64,000 nt of DNA from Octopus vulgaris (lineage: Eukaryota): positions 45,818,001 to 45,882,000 of the forward strand of contig OX597835.1 of assembly GCA_951406725.2 (NCBI GenBank), given 5' to 3'. The notes below the pieces were generated by a model. That model ran no database searches. It worked only from the letters and a program-made list of their open reading frames with translations, and was not told where the DNA came from. Within the stretch, counting starts at the first letter, position 1, and each line of letters begins with the position of its first letter. This document shows, piece by piece, positions 13,424 to 26,892 of this stretch. Both the position numbers and the translations under genes were made by a program.

Positions 13424-14119
13424 TATATGTATGTGACTCGTTCCCCAAGAGAAATGAATATTCGACATTTTACACGTTTGTCACAAAATTCGTTTGAAGC
13501 TTTCAAAAAAATAACTTGATTATTTAGCCTCGTATTATTTTGTCAGCTACAGAATTATTTACAAATTTGTAAACGTATTTAAATATACTATTACTGTCTC
13601 ATAGGTGTTGATATACAGAAAAAATAGAATTGGAATGTTTTTATTAGTTCTCTGGAATTTATAGCTTTTTTACATATTTGATTATGAAATATATTTTTCT
13701 GGTAAACGTGGATATATTATCAGAAAATTACATATTTTATGTAGAACTGATATAACTTCACAAAAAATAAATAGAACTCGAATAAGAAAGGAAAACAGGA
13801 AAAAATCCATCCAAACGTATTCAGAACAAACTTAACTATCAAGCAGTTTTTGTCTGTATAATAGATGGATGTGATCATCATTTTGTTTGCTTACTCCAGA
13901 CCTTCTAACTTATATTTCAATGTGAAAGAGTGTGACTTAGACTCAATATTTGCATGGACACAGATGAAATTGAAATATATAGAAGTTAAAAAAAAAAACA
14001 AGTTATAAATGTCGTTCTTCTTTCACCGAAAGCGTCAGATCTACATATTGATTTTCTATTTAAAATGAGTCCAATTTTTCAGTTTGTTAGTATATCACAA
14101 ATATACATAATTGACTGAT

Positions 14120-14241
14120 CCTTTGACGGTTTAAGGCAGGGGTCTATAAATAAAGTACTAATTGCGTATTGGGGTCGATCTTATCAACTGGCTCTCTCCC
14201 CCAAAACATTTCGGGCTTTGTACCTTAGCGTAGAAAAGAAT
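14120..14241 (+). mobile_element. SINE family B, 3' part
   Basis: ggggtctataaataaagtactaattgcgtattggggtcgatcttatcaactggctctctcccccaaaacatttcgggctttgtaccttagcgtagaaaagaata. Confidence 0.75.
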
Positions 14242-14475
14242 AGTTGATGCAATTAATAATTTATTCCGTGGCTCTAGCGATTTAATGCGCAAATGCCATA
14301 CTTACAGTATTTAATAAAATGAATTAGCATGAAACAATTGTAATACTCTACCTTGGATATACTTGTTGCTTATTTTGATTATAATCACCCCATTTCATCT
14401 ATATGGATAATATCATACTAAATTCTGGTGCCTTTGTCTTAAATACCATATTCATCTGAATTAAACTTTTGTTGA

Positions 14476-14525
<50 letters not shown>

Positions 14526-14839
14526 TTATTTATTTATTTATATATATATATAAGATCTCCATCACACACCACACATACACATACGCCTATATATAGTCCG
14601 TCCTCTGCTTTTCTTTTGATATGATGTACATTCGAACTCTCCAGAATGTATATATCACAATAATTAAAATAGGATATCGTTCAGCTTTTTGTTATAACAT
14701 CACAAACTATGGAAAATCTAACGTATTTTAATTGTAAGTACAAGCAGAATATTACCGTTTCCTTAATTACATTGAAACGCCGGATTTTTAGATGAAAAGA
14801 AAATCTTAATATATTATTACTGACTTTGATATTACTGAT

Positions 14840-14941
14840 TTTGGAGTCGATAAAATAAGTCGCAGGTGAGTAATGGAATCGATGTTATCGACTTCTACTC
14901 TCCTCCGAAGTTGCTGGCCTTGTACCAACATTTGAAACCAG
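14840..14941 (+). mobile_element. SINE family B, 3' fragment
   Basis: gagtcgataaaataagt...tcgatgttatcgact...gctggccttgtaccaacatttgaaacca. Confidence 0.65.
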
Positions 14942-14987
14942 TGTTATTTATCAAACAATGTTGTTAAATAATAATCGATGCAGTTAC

Positions 14988-15198
14988 AAGGAGGTGACCT
15001 GGCAGAAACGTTAGCACGCCGAAATTCTTAGCAGTATTAAGTACGTCTTTAGGTTCTGAGTTCAAATTCCACCGAGGTCGACTTTGCCTTTCATCTTTTC
15101 GGGTCGATAAATTACGTACCAGTTGCGTATTGAAGTCGACCTAATCGACTGGCTCCCTCCCCCAAAATTTCAGGCCTTGTGCCTAGAGTAGAAAGTAA
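14988..15198 (+). mobile_element. SINE family B, full length, with degenerate TSD
   Basis: ggaggtgacctggcagaaacgttagcacgcc...gttctgagttcaaattccaccgaggtcgactttgcctttcatc...gcctagagtagaaag. Flanked by ataatcgatgcagttac and ataatggatgcaataac. Confidence 0.85.
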
Positions 15199-15596
15199 TA
15201 ATGGATGCAATAACTAATTTCTTCCAAAGATCTAGTGATTTAAAGCGCGAATGCCATACTCTACGTAATGAGTTCAGCAGATTAGTAATCTGTAGCACAA
15301 TGTATAATTATTGAGTAATTTATCATGCTATAGTAATAAAATCAACTATATCTCCTGTTGATTTTACTCTAAGATGTACATGCATATATATATATACATA
15401 TACGCATCCACACACACGGGCGCGCACACACACACATACACAAACATATCTTTCCTTTATACTATATGCACAAGGTCCAAAATGGGGGGGGGGGCAGATT
15501 AAGTGGATTGTAACGTGTGCAGGACTCAACCGACTCTTATTTCACCGACTCCGGCATGATAAAAAGTAATGGCAACCTCGGAAGAATTTGAAAACA

Positions 15597-15729
15597 TGAG
15601 GTTAGTATGTCTTGGTGACTGCTGGTCGTCTACAGGCAACTTTTCCCGGACTTGTGTCCCGGTGGGGAACTTTCCAGGTGCAATCCCATGGCCATTCTTG
15701 ACCGAAGTGGGAGGTCTTAGATTCACACT
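15597..15729 (+). mobile_element. SINE family C, 3' fragment
   Basis: gactgctggtcgtctacaggcaacttttcccggacttgtg...aggtgcaatcccatggccattcttgaccgaagtgggaggtctt is homologous to the 3' end of 54183-54511. Confidence 0.75.
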
Positions 15730-17071
15730 GAGGAAATAGCCTAATATTTGGTTCGTGGTGCTAACTATTTTTCCAGCTTACACACACACACATACACACA
15801 CACACACACACTGTGGGAAAATGGTTTAATACAGTCGGTGGGTCGAATCAATATCTCACGGTTTTATTTACTTTTTGCTCGAGTCAGACGTCTTTACGAT
15901 GAGAGTCATTTACTTTCCTGGTGTGAAAATTGGTAACAGAAAGTTTCAGGCAAAACAGTGAAAGATGACAACTAAATATTCAAATAAATCTCATATAGAT
16001 GTTATCCTTGTATGACCATCCTGTTTAGAAACGGAAGTCTCTAAGAGAATACCAATACAGGGCATATCAGTCAGTGCAATGAAAATAGTTTGCATAATTT
16101 TAGGTTCAATAATTGAGATTCATTCGCTTGGCAATTCACAGCCCTGTCTTCACACCATTATTAGACAACAGGTAAACAAAAAGAAAACGCGCGTAATGAA
16201 AAGAAATTCGCTTCATTAATTCGTAAACAAATTCAACATCACTTTTGTGATTTTTCTAGATTCAAGTATAATCCGTATTAGAGCGATAAGGAAAGCTACT
16301 TGGAAATTAGATTAACAGAAAGGAAAATTTTCATTTCAGACAATGCGTTGTTTTACTTTCTCTTTCCTGCAAATAGCCACAGAACGCGATGCAAATAGTT
16401 GAATGTCTTCCAGTCATTATGATTAAGTTACATCAAGTTATCGAGCGAAGCATAGGTGCCATATTGAATATTTGTCTTTCACATGTGTGTGTGTGCGTGC
16501 GTTAGTTTTGTGAGAATGTGTGTGTTTGTGTGTATCGGACTGCGAGCGTTTGTTTGTATTTAGATTTGCTCGATGTAGTTTTGCTTTGCATTGGTTTTAT
16601 TTTGTTTTTCTTTTTTATTTTATCTGTGAAATACGTTTGGCAAGAATATTTATTTGTTGGCTAAGAAACAGATTTTTTCTGTTAAACAGTCTCCGAAGAC
16701 AACTAATCATAGATCCGACGGAATGCGGTAAAGAATTTTCAATTAGTTTATTTTGATATGACTAGTTAGGCATTTTAAGGCTACGACAGCCTATGCTATT
16801 CAACATTGCCAAAGAATTGCAGCATTTTAGAATGCACATTGGGCATTGTTATAGATTCTATAACACGTCCCTTGAAAAATAGCAGCCAAATTTCATTCAT
16901 GTGTCATCCACACCGACTTAAACAAGGAATAGTACATTAGATGATATAGTTAAATTCGTACAATGTAAAAATACCATTAAATATATCGAGGAATCTCAAC
17001 ACAAACAAATTAACACCATAATGTTTTAAATCTTTGTCCAGGTTGCTAACTATTCAGTTAACTCATCAGCT

Positions 17072-17126
<55 letters not shown>

Positions 17127-17547
17127 GCACACACAGAGATTCGTGTATATTGGAGCAGAAACTGGTTGAATACAATCGGTGAGACAGATACTATGGAGCG
17201 TATTGTCTCTGAAACAGGAAAACAACTCGGGTGGTCATAGCGGTGTTTTTGGTGCTACGACTTTTAAGCCGTGACTTATTTAACAATCAACACCATTTGC
17301 TTCTCAACTGGCCGACTGCAATGTCATGACCAACAACTATGTCTAAGACATCCTAAAGATGATTATAACGATGGAGATACTTTCTTGGTTCATCATAAAT
17401 TCTTAAATTTTTTACTTGGATGTTTGAATGAGAAAAGCTTTTCGTCAACTCGAAGGTATTCTAGCCAATGCCTTGTAAATTTGAATAGAAAACAGATTCA
17501 CTGTTTTAGAAGTGTTTCATTGGTCTTAGTCTCTAAGTGTCTGAATC

Positions 17548-17808
17548 TAAGACCTCCGACTTCGGCGAAGAATGACCATGGGATTACACCTAGAAAGTTC
17601 CCCTCCGAGACGCAAGTCCGGGAAAAGTTGCCTGTAGACGACCAGCAGTCACCAAGGCATACTAACGTCATCTTCCTCCTCTGATATTAGACAAGGGAGA
17701 GCACTGCGAAATAAAGTGGCTTGATCAAGAACGCAACACAACCAGTTCAGGAATCGAACTCACAACCTCACGATTGCAAGCCCGACGCTTTACCCACTGA
17801 GCCATGCG
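17548..17808 (-). mobile_element. SINE family C copy, internally shortened
   Basis: tRNA-like head on the minus strand (gcatggctcagtgggtaaagcgtcgggcttgcaatcgtgaggttgtgagttcgattcctg) and the same 3' end as 54183-54511. Confidence 0.8.
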
Positions 17809-18719
17809 TACATTTGTAAAAATGCACCGGGGTCTCCTAGGACGCGAGTCTTTCACCATCAGTCTTCTCTGACTGAAAGGACTTATGATTGTAAATGCTT
17901 TGACATTGATCGTGATGTCTTTCCTTCATAATTCTAAACATGCTTGTCTTCTGTTTCTGCTATTAAGAGAATGGATTATGATTTGATGCTTATTCAGGGC
18001 ATATGTTTTCAATCTAAACGACCGTATGGAAGAAAACGTTAAAATTCGACTAACTGATTTTGTATTTTAACGCAGGTCAGACTTGATCCATCAGACAAAT
18101 GACTGAAATCATTCTCTCCTTGACCATTATGTCATTTCCCTTCATCTTCAGGCATCCTATGCGGCGATTTGACAAAGAAAGTAGTTACGATATTTCATTT
18201 GGCGATTTGTGCTCTGATAACAATTGCCACCGAGGCGAATTCTGATACCTCAAGTTCTAAGTCGGTAAATAAAGTTGGAGCTTCAGGCGGAGCGGTGAAC
18301 AGTCGAAATCATAAGATTAGTGGTCCTTCAATTATTTGTTTTGGTTCTTTGCACTTTGAGTAGAAAGCCTTCTCAGAACTATCCGGTTGAGCGTATTAAA
18401 CCGTTGCCCGTGCTAACACAATTGCATGAACCTACACAACTACATGGATCGAACACACCCTTAACAGGTTTCAGTCGGACCACGTTTCCGGGTTAATGTT
18501 GCCTACCTCGTACCAACCAATTGCAGAAACCTTGAAATAAAATATGGACACATAATTTCTTTTTGGGTACTTGATACGAAAAAGTATGTTTCCGAACTAA
18601 ATTTTCTAATGTGACATTTCTTCTATATTGAGGACTTAGGTGAGGTATATCGTCAGATATTTCTAGCAGACCGTTTTTCCACGTAAAGGATACACTTATT
18701 AATAGTTCATTATTCGTCA

Positions 18720-19095
18720 GCTTTTGCTTTCCTTGTTTCCGTCATTGGACTGCAGCCATCCGGCATTTAGTTGCGTCAGTGGACCCACTAGTTTTAAATC
18801 TGATATTCATTGTATTGGTCACTTTTCCTCAAACGTTACGTGAACTAGGACGAAAACAAACAAATACCGGTGGTGAAACGGTGATATGGTACAAAATCAA
18901 CGTAAACACCAAGACATACACACGTTCATTCATACAAAAACATAATACACACACACACACATACACAGAGTTGCTGTCTGCCGGATTAACTACAAAGCTA
19001 TTGGTCACACCTAGTGTACCATAGTAGACGCCTACGCAAATTGCTGCATTGTGGGATTGAACACGTGGTTGTAAAGCTAACTTATTAAATCTTAG
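18720..19095 (-). mobile_element. SINE family A copy, degenerate
   Basis: cttgtttccgtcattggactgcagccat...(CA)n...atagtagacgcc...gtgggattgaac...gtggttgtaaagctaactt. Confidence 0.6.
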
Positions 19096-19554
19096 GAGAC
19101 AAATCTGATTCTTTAGAGACCATCTTTGACAATTAATTAAATGGAATTTCTTTAGATAACAGCGAAAGATTCCAATCAAGGTATACTAGACTTTTAAATC
19201 AGAATCGATAATCCCTCAAACTAATACCATACTAGCATTTGCAATGAGCTGGAGACTCGATTAGCATGAAGTATTGCGTAGAGATAAGGTACTGCAGTTT
19301 CACAATCAACTAAATAATCGGAAGATTAACACGGTGTTTAAAACACGAGATGTTTTAAGAGCTTATATAACAGTCGTGGTATAAAAATACAATGTGATAC
19401 AAGCGAAGCTGATAAGGAGTAGATAACTCTTGTTTGTGCTGTCGCGTTTCACCTCACAACTTATGTTCACCTCACTGACATCAAGCTATACTGTTTGTTA
19501 TCTGGAGCCAGCGAAGCCTGTTTAAAATCCCCCTTTCCCAACATTTTCAATCAT

Positions 19555-19782
19555 ATTATATATGCATCTGTAATATATGTGCATATATACACATATATAC
19601 AAATATAAGCATATATATATTATATATACATTATGTATATATATATATATATATATATACATATACATATTTATATATTCACACATATATACAGATATAC
19701 GTATATATCGTCTCTATGTTGATATATATACATATGTACATATATATGTATATATACATATATACATATATAGATATATATG

Positions 19783-19830
<48 letters not shown>

Positions 19831-20292
19831 TAGAATCGTTCACATAGACGTCCACCTACACACACATGTATATGAATATATATTACAGATACCTATAAAT
19901 ATGTATGCATGTATATTTATATATTTGTGTATATATATATACATTTATACACACACACATACACACACACATATATATATTATATATATACCCATATATA
20001 CAAAAATAATCATATATATATATATATATATTAAATATATACGTTATATATATACATACATATCTATATACATACACATATACAGATATACGTATGTAAC
20101 GTTCTCTCTATGTTCATATACATACTTACATTTCTATATATACACACGCTTGCATATGTATATATATATATATTTATATATATTTGGAAACATTTACAAA
20201 CACACCCACCCACGCACACATGTATATGAATATATATTATATACACGTATGTATTTTGAAAGTGTATGATTATATATATATATATATACATA
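19555..20292. repeat. Degenerate (TA)/(CA) microsatellite field
   Basis: Read directly. Confidence 0.9.
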
Positions 20293-20783
20293 GATAAGAG
20301 GGTGGTGAGGTGGAGAGGGCAGATTTGGAAATAGTAAGAGGGGAAAAGCGTGAATGAATGCGAAGTGCAGAATAAACTGGAAACTAGTGTTTACACTTAC
20401 ACGCTGGAACTGATCGGAAGAAGTATTGGAAACTGAAGAATCAAAGTAAATAATAATGTCGAAAGAATTCTCTGTATCGTACAGCTTCAAAAGGATTGAT
20501 TTCGGAATGATTGAGAGATTGGAAGAACATTGTGCAGTTGGGTGGCGGAAAGACGAGGTTACCGTTTTTATTGTTGATCCACTTTCTAATGTAAATCTAA
20601 AGAAAACCTCCGAGAAATCAAGGAAAAATCAGGTGAAGTAGCACATATCACGATGAAAACGAATAGGTTTTTGGCTCAGTGATCGATATGGCTCGATGTG
20701 ATGCTGTTATCAGATTTAACATCGAAAAGCAGCAGCCGATTAATCCATTCAATCGATATGGTATATAGAATCCATAAGAATAG

Positions 20784-20809
20784 CAATAGTAATGATGAAG
20801 ATAATAATA

Positions 20810-20891
<82 letters not shown>

Positions 20892-20929
20892 TAATAATAC
20901 CAATAGTAATAGTAATAGTAATAATAATG

Positions 20930-20960
<31 letters not shown>

Positions 20961-20998
20961 TGATGATGATAATAATAATAATAATAATAATAATGATG

Positions 20999-21062
<64 letters not shown>

Positions 21063-21121
21063 TAATAATAATAATAGTAATAATAATAATAATAATGATA
21101 ATAATACCAATAGTAATAGTA

Positions 21122-21169
<48 letters not shown>

Positions 21170-21210
21170 GCAATAGTAATAATAATAATGATAATAATAA
21201 TGATAATACT
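20784..21210. repeat. (AAT)n microsatellite with a duplicated variant block
   Basis: gataataataccaatagtaatagtaatagt occurs at ~20890 and ~21097. Confidence 0.95.
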
Positions 21211-21771
21211 GACGATTTCTAAGATATTATAATAACAATGACAATACGTAAAGATGATGATGAAGAGGAGGAGAAGGAGGATTATGGTTATAACAACAAC
21301 AATATTATGGAATGAAATATCTTTGAAAACTGCAATATCTGGAGGCGATGAAAGCTGTTGCGATAAGGAGGCAAATGCAGAGTAAATAACAATTAACTTG
21401 GTCTCTTAAGATCCGTATTAATTGTAAAAGCTTTTGTTGCGCAAAGGAGAACGAAAACAAACTGGAAAAAATAAACCCCCCCAGCCCCACCTACTCCCCC
21501 CACCCCAACCCCCTCCACAAAAATAAAGAAATAAATAACTAAATGAAGCATATGTGCTGATGCAAAATTGCAGAGTTTTACCAATTTAGAGAAAGAAGAA
21601 TAATTCTCGAAAAGCCAAATACGTGATAAGGAAAGGAAACAGAGATTACTGTTGCCGTGAGGTAGTTGTGGGCTTCTCACAATCTTCATCTTACCACAAA
21701 TATAGTTTATCTCATTTTTATTTTGTTCTATCTCGCAGCAACATTCAAAACAAAAGAAACCATGTTAGTGT

Positions 21772-21804
21772 CATTATTATTATTATCATTATTATTATTA
21801 TCAC

Positions 21805-21862
<58 letters not shown>

Positions 21863-21891
21863 GTTATTATTATTATTATTATCATTATTAA

Positions 21892-21930
<39 letters not shown>

Positions 21931-21984
21931 CATTATTATTATTATTATTATCATCATCATTATTATTATTATTATTAGTAGTAT

Positions 21985-22038
<54 letters not shown>

Positions 22039-22066
22039 CACTACTATTGTTGTTGTTGTTGTTATT
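21772..22066. repeat. (ATT)n(ACT)n(GTT)n compound microsatellite
   Basis: Read directly. Confidence 0.95.
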
Positions 22067-22294
22067 GCCATTGAGAGGCCGAGCCTTGTTTGGTACTCAC
22101 TCGTAAGGGTTTGTTTGTTGCCAAACAGAGTGTTTCTCGAAGTCTCCATGGTTCTTTGATTGGAATCAGATCAGAGCGTTGGTGAGCTTTCGGTTTTTGA
22201 CACATCTCCAGCATAAAGCAACTAATAACCTCCAGGTTTCACATATCTTCACACACATCACCGTATACATACATACATACATACACACACACAA

Positions 22295-22334
<40 letters not shown>

Positions 22335-22380
22335 GTATGTATGTATATGTATATATATGTATATGTATATGTATATGTAT

Positions 22381-22474
<94 letters not shown>

Positions 22475-23970
22475 CAATGCATATATGATGGTTGTCTACT
22501 GTTCATGCAGCAGAGACCACCTCTTGTATTTACGCCTTATATCCATCATGGCCTCTGATGTGGCTTTTTGAACCAGAGAATATATTGAAAAGACAATCAC
22601 ATTGATTGTGTTTCTGATTTGGACCACCAAATGCATAAATGCATGCATGCATACATACTTACATGCGTACATACATACATACATATGCACATACACTGAT
22701 ACATGCATACCTAGCGAGATGCGGAAAGAGACAGACAGAGACAAGGACGAGAGTAACATACCATTATACATGCAAGTGTTTTACCTGTCCATACGTTTTT
22801 GTGAGAGTTGATATAACTGCATAAGACAGCGATATGGACAAGTGCAGACAAACAGCATATTGTTTGCCTCTGTGTTTGTATGTGTCTTATAAGCTAACTA
22901 AAACAACGCTATGCCAAACCCATGTGTAAAACATAATAGAAAACATTTATCAGTATACTAACTCTAAAAATACTCATCGCATATCCAACCTTGCTCAACA
23001 AGTAACCTCACTAATGACATCCAGTCAAACACTATTCACTTAAATCCGCATAAAAAATACGACACACAAAATATATACCTTTCCACCGGTCAGATATCAA
23101 TATCAAGAATTCAGTTATAAAAACTGAAATCAATGACACCTAAATAAACCCAAAATATTTATACAACAGAAACAAATAATAAAATTAATTTATAGATTGT
23201 AGTGATATGAGCGTGGGTTTCTCTCGTTAAGGCTTTTGTGAGTTCGTAGTTGATTGCCTTCACGCCTCAAACTGTTAGTGCTCCAGATTAACTTAATCAA
23301 TTCATGTATGAATGCGTGTATGTATATGAATAGACGTTTTCCGAAATGATTGTTGTACTAGAGGGGGTGAAAGAGAGAAAGAGACATACATAGTTAGATA
23401 GATTGGTAGGCAGTTGTATTTTACATACATACATTCATGTTTATACATGAAAGTGTTGGTTTTCATACAATGGCCAGCAACCAATTACTACCTAATTTAT
23501 ACATGCTGGATCCGTAATGTCAAATGAGGCTTCTTAACCAAACAGTTGTGCCAGAAGAAATTCGTTTTCAGTCTTAACCAATTTTTTTCAGCTGCCTTTT
23601 TAAATGAAAACCACTGAAACCACCTGTATGTTGGCACACGTTATGCTACAGGTATGCTTTACAATCAAAATTCCAAAGTATATTTGATGTATACGCGAGA
23701 TAAAGAAATGTATGTATAAACTGATGGACTGAGAACGGTTAGAATGTTTCCTTTATTTACATCGTTCTCGTGTACGATGTCTGACCAGTGGTGTAGCACG
23801 AGAAGGAACCAATGTAAATAGTGCCAGAACCGCTTCAATCTGGACATAGTGAGAAGACCAAATAACAAGAATCGAACATTTAGCTTTGAACGAAATACCA
23901 AGCAACATATGTTTCTACTCTTTAGTCCCTGTGTTCAAATCCTGGTACCAATATTATGGAGAGTTCTTTA

Positions 23971-24187
23971 AGGAAGCGAGCTGGCAGAATCGTTAGCACG
24001 CCGGGAAAAATTTTTCCGTCATTTCGTTTGTCCTTACCTTCTGAGTTCAAAATCCGCCGAGGTCGACTTTGCCTTTCACCATTTTGGGGACGATAAAATA
24101 AGTACCATGTGAGCCCTAGGGTTCGTTGTAATCGAATTTCCCCCTCCCCCGAAAGTGTTGCCCCTGTTCCAAAATTTGAAAGGAATA
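23971..24187 (+). mobile_element. SINE family B, full length
   Basis: gcgagctggcagaatcgttagcacgccggg...ttctgagttcaaaatccgccgaggtcgactttgcctttcacc...ttccaaaatttgaaaggaata. Confidence 0.85.
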
Positions 24188-24424
24188 TCATGCACTCCTC
24201 TCTTTCTCCAAAATTCTGGGCTTTCATCTATGTTAAATTCGAGTATTTCTTTTGAACTAAACAATGGCTCTCATAATATGTCTGAAGTTGCTTGATTGAA
24301 TTCAAAATCGATGTGTTAAGTATTATGGGTCCTCTTTGAATTATATGTGAAAGCATTTTAACGCGTGCCTTTATTATATACATACATGCATTCATATAAT
24401 ATACATACATATGTGTGTGAGTGT

Positions 24425-24462
<38 letters not shown>

Positions 24463-24510
24463 GAGTCTCTCTCTCTCTCTCTCTCTCTCTCTTGCCGTCT
24501 GTATAGTGAA

Positions 24511-24561
<51 letters not shown>

Positions 24562-24606
24562 TGACGGTTAGTAAGGAGAGACACAAATAAGTAACAAGAA
24601 AACAAA

Positions 24607-24651
24607 GGACAACTGATGCGGTCACAGGAGTGTGACGAAAGAACTCTGGCC
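24607..24651 (+). ncRNA. Decayed minimal hammerhead-like motif
   Basis: GGACAA-CUGAUGC-G-GUCACA(ggag)UGUGAC-GAAAG(aa)CUC-UGGCC. Perfect 6-bp stem II, core A9 changed to C, imperfect stem I. It lies in a ~210-bp island between two (TA)n tracts. Confidence 0.45.
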
Positions 24652-24766
24652 GAAATAAGATTAAGATTAATGTAAAAAAAGAAACAACACTGAAGCAAAA
24701 TAACACCAAATATATAGTGCGTGTGTTTTTATTGGCTAAACTGGCAATATGACCATTCCGAAATAT

Positions 24767-24849
<83 letters not shown>

Positions 24850-25633
24850 AAAATAAAAACGGAAAATACGCACACTTACAAGGTTATTGTATAATTTTTA
24901 ATGTATATATATATATGTGTGTGTGTGTGTGTTACATCTATGTGCGACAGTGAGAGAGAGTTTAGTGCCAATTAGTTCTTGCTTGTAGATAACTAGAGCT
25001 AGCATAGTAATTATATTTACAAAATGCACAGCTATTTTTTTCTTTATTTTACCACCTTTAGGCTATAGACTGATAGAATAATACAGAATAGTGATAAGCA
25101 TTTAAATAATTATAAACAGCCGTTCATATGCCATAGGGAAAATGACAGTTTAAATAATCTATGTAAATATGCAGGTGTTTTGTACTGTGCATGAATGGGT
25201 TTCAATGTGAATTTTAATTCGTTTGCAATATAATTGTTTTAATAATGACGAAAATCATAAAAGCAAAGTGTAGCATCTGGATATAAAATGTCATGTCATT
25301 CTCTAATGTCACAGATAAAACATAAATTTCTCCTTGATACAAAAATATGAATAAATACATTTGTATTGGATCTGGTGGAACTGAGCTTCCTGCATCCTAA
25401 TTAATTATAGGAAAATCTCACTTTGTAGTAACGACTATGTTGTTGCAGCGGCAAAAGAAGTTATACATCCATGGAAGTTGCTATTGTCTCTAAAACTGTA
25501 AGATACCACAGTTTGCGACTCCAACCAAAGAAATAATTGCACATGATAGTAATTCAAGTTGTGATGGGTTTTAACTGTAAATATTAATGCAAGTTTCTCA
25601 CCACACAGCCACGCCTGCGTCAATGTTCATAAT

Positions 25634-25852
25634 TATTCTTTTCTACTCTAGGCACAAGACCAGAAATGTTGGGGGGGGGGGGGCAGTCGATTAGATCGAC
25701 CCCAGTACAAAGCTGCTACTTAATTTATCGATTAGGGAAAGGATGAAAAGCAAAGTAGACCTCGGTGGAATTTGAACTCAGAACGTAAAAGCAAACGAAA
25801 TACCTCGAAGCATTTCGCCTGGTGTGCTAACTTTTCTGCCAGTTCGCCACTT
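25634..25852 (-). mobile_element. SINE family B, full length, with 12-bp TSD
   Basis: Family B reverse complement, with ttcataattatt at both 25626-25637 and 25852-25863. Confidence 0.9.
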
Positions 25853-26411
25853 TCATAATTATTAATAAATTTAGTTTAGGTCACGGCAGTCAAACTAAAT
25901 AAGCGCTTGAAATATTTAATGAGCTGTAGTGTAATGGTAGATACCTGGTCTTCAAGGTTGTTCCATTTGACTGATGTTGTAAGACCTCGCATGAGAAATG
26001 CCTTGCTGCTTTGTGAAATTGACTCTCGGCAAATCAGATCATAGAAACGCTAAGAATCACTGCATCAGTGTTCTTTAGATTGCTGTGTGGAATATCCTAC
26101 TCTCTCTAGAACGTTATTCTGCGTGGGAATTATCCGTTAGTTGAGTCAGTCAAGTTCCTAAATAAACTTGGCATCCGTAGACGGTTTGCTCAATGAAATA
26201 CACAGGTCGAATCTGTAATTGAAAATATTCTGCATCAACAATTCTAACTTAAAACCAAAAAGGGAGGCAGACATTTAAAAGAACAATTACAACAATATTT
26301 CTCTCTGTTGCTACTGTAGTAAAATGGATAGCCCAATGTTGCCGCCGATTTCTGACTTACTGAACGAGACATAGTATTGCAGTTTCTAAATGAAATAATC
26401 TGAGATATATA

Positions 26412-26621
26412 CAGGGTGGCCCGAAAGTAAGTTTACTGTTATCACGTAGGCTCTTTCAATTTCTTTGAAAACCTTATATTACATTTAAATTTTCATCTTA
26501 GAATTAATTAATTAGCATAGAATGATGGTTTCAGATTATTTCTAATCAGGATCTAAACTGTTAATATATGAATGCTAAAGAGAAATTTGAATAGCCGTAA
26601 ATCTACTTTTGGGCCACACTG
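26412..26621. mobile_element. Tc1/mariner-type MITE with TA target duplication
   Basis: TA-cagggtggcccgaaagtaagtttac ... gtaaatctacttttgggccacactg-TA; imperfect TIRs of about 25 bp. Confidence 0.8.
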
Positions 26622-26734
26622 TATATGTAGACGCCAGTTCTTATCTTTGGCCCATCACGAATATTATCTTTTAATATAATCATATTCTTTACTCCCACTC
26701 TACTGCATCTCTCTCTCTTTTTCGCTATATGAAT

Positions 26735-26765
26735 ATGTATGTATGTATCTATGTATGTATCTATG

Positions 26766-26797
<32 letters not shown>

Positions 26798-26892
26798 TGT
26801 ATGTATGTATGTATGTATGTATGTATGTATGTATGTATGTATGTATGTATGTATGTATGTATGTATGTATGTATATGTACGTATGTGTGTGT
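26735..26892. repeat. (TATG)n microsatellite
   Basis: Read directly. Confidence 0.95.

Noticed and set aside
16140-16480. Clusters of GTAAACA/TAAT motifs suggesting an enhancer (also 42840-42890)
   Set aside because: Such short motifs are expected by chance in AT-rich DNA, and no conservation data are available.
18169-18363. 64-aa ORF with a signal-peptide-like hydrophobic start
   Set aside because: It starts at TTG rather than ATG, is short, and has no recognisable family.
19436-19492. Minus-strand gct-tgatg...gaaacgcgac-agc hammerhead-like string
   Set aside because: The core is incomplete, there is no stem II, and U16.1 is missing.
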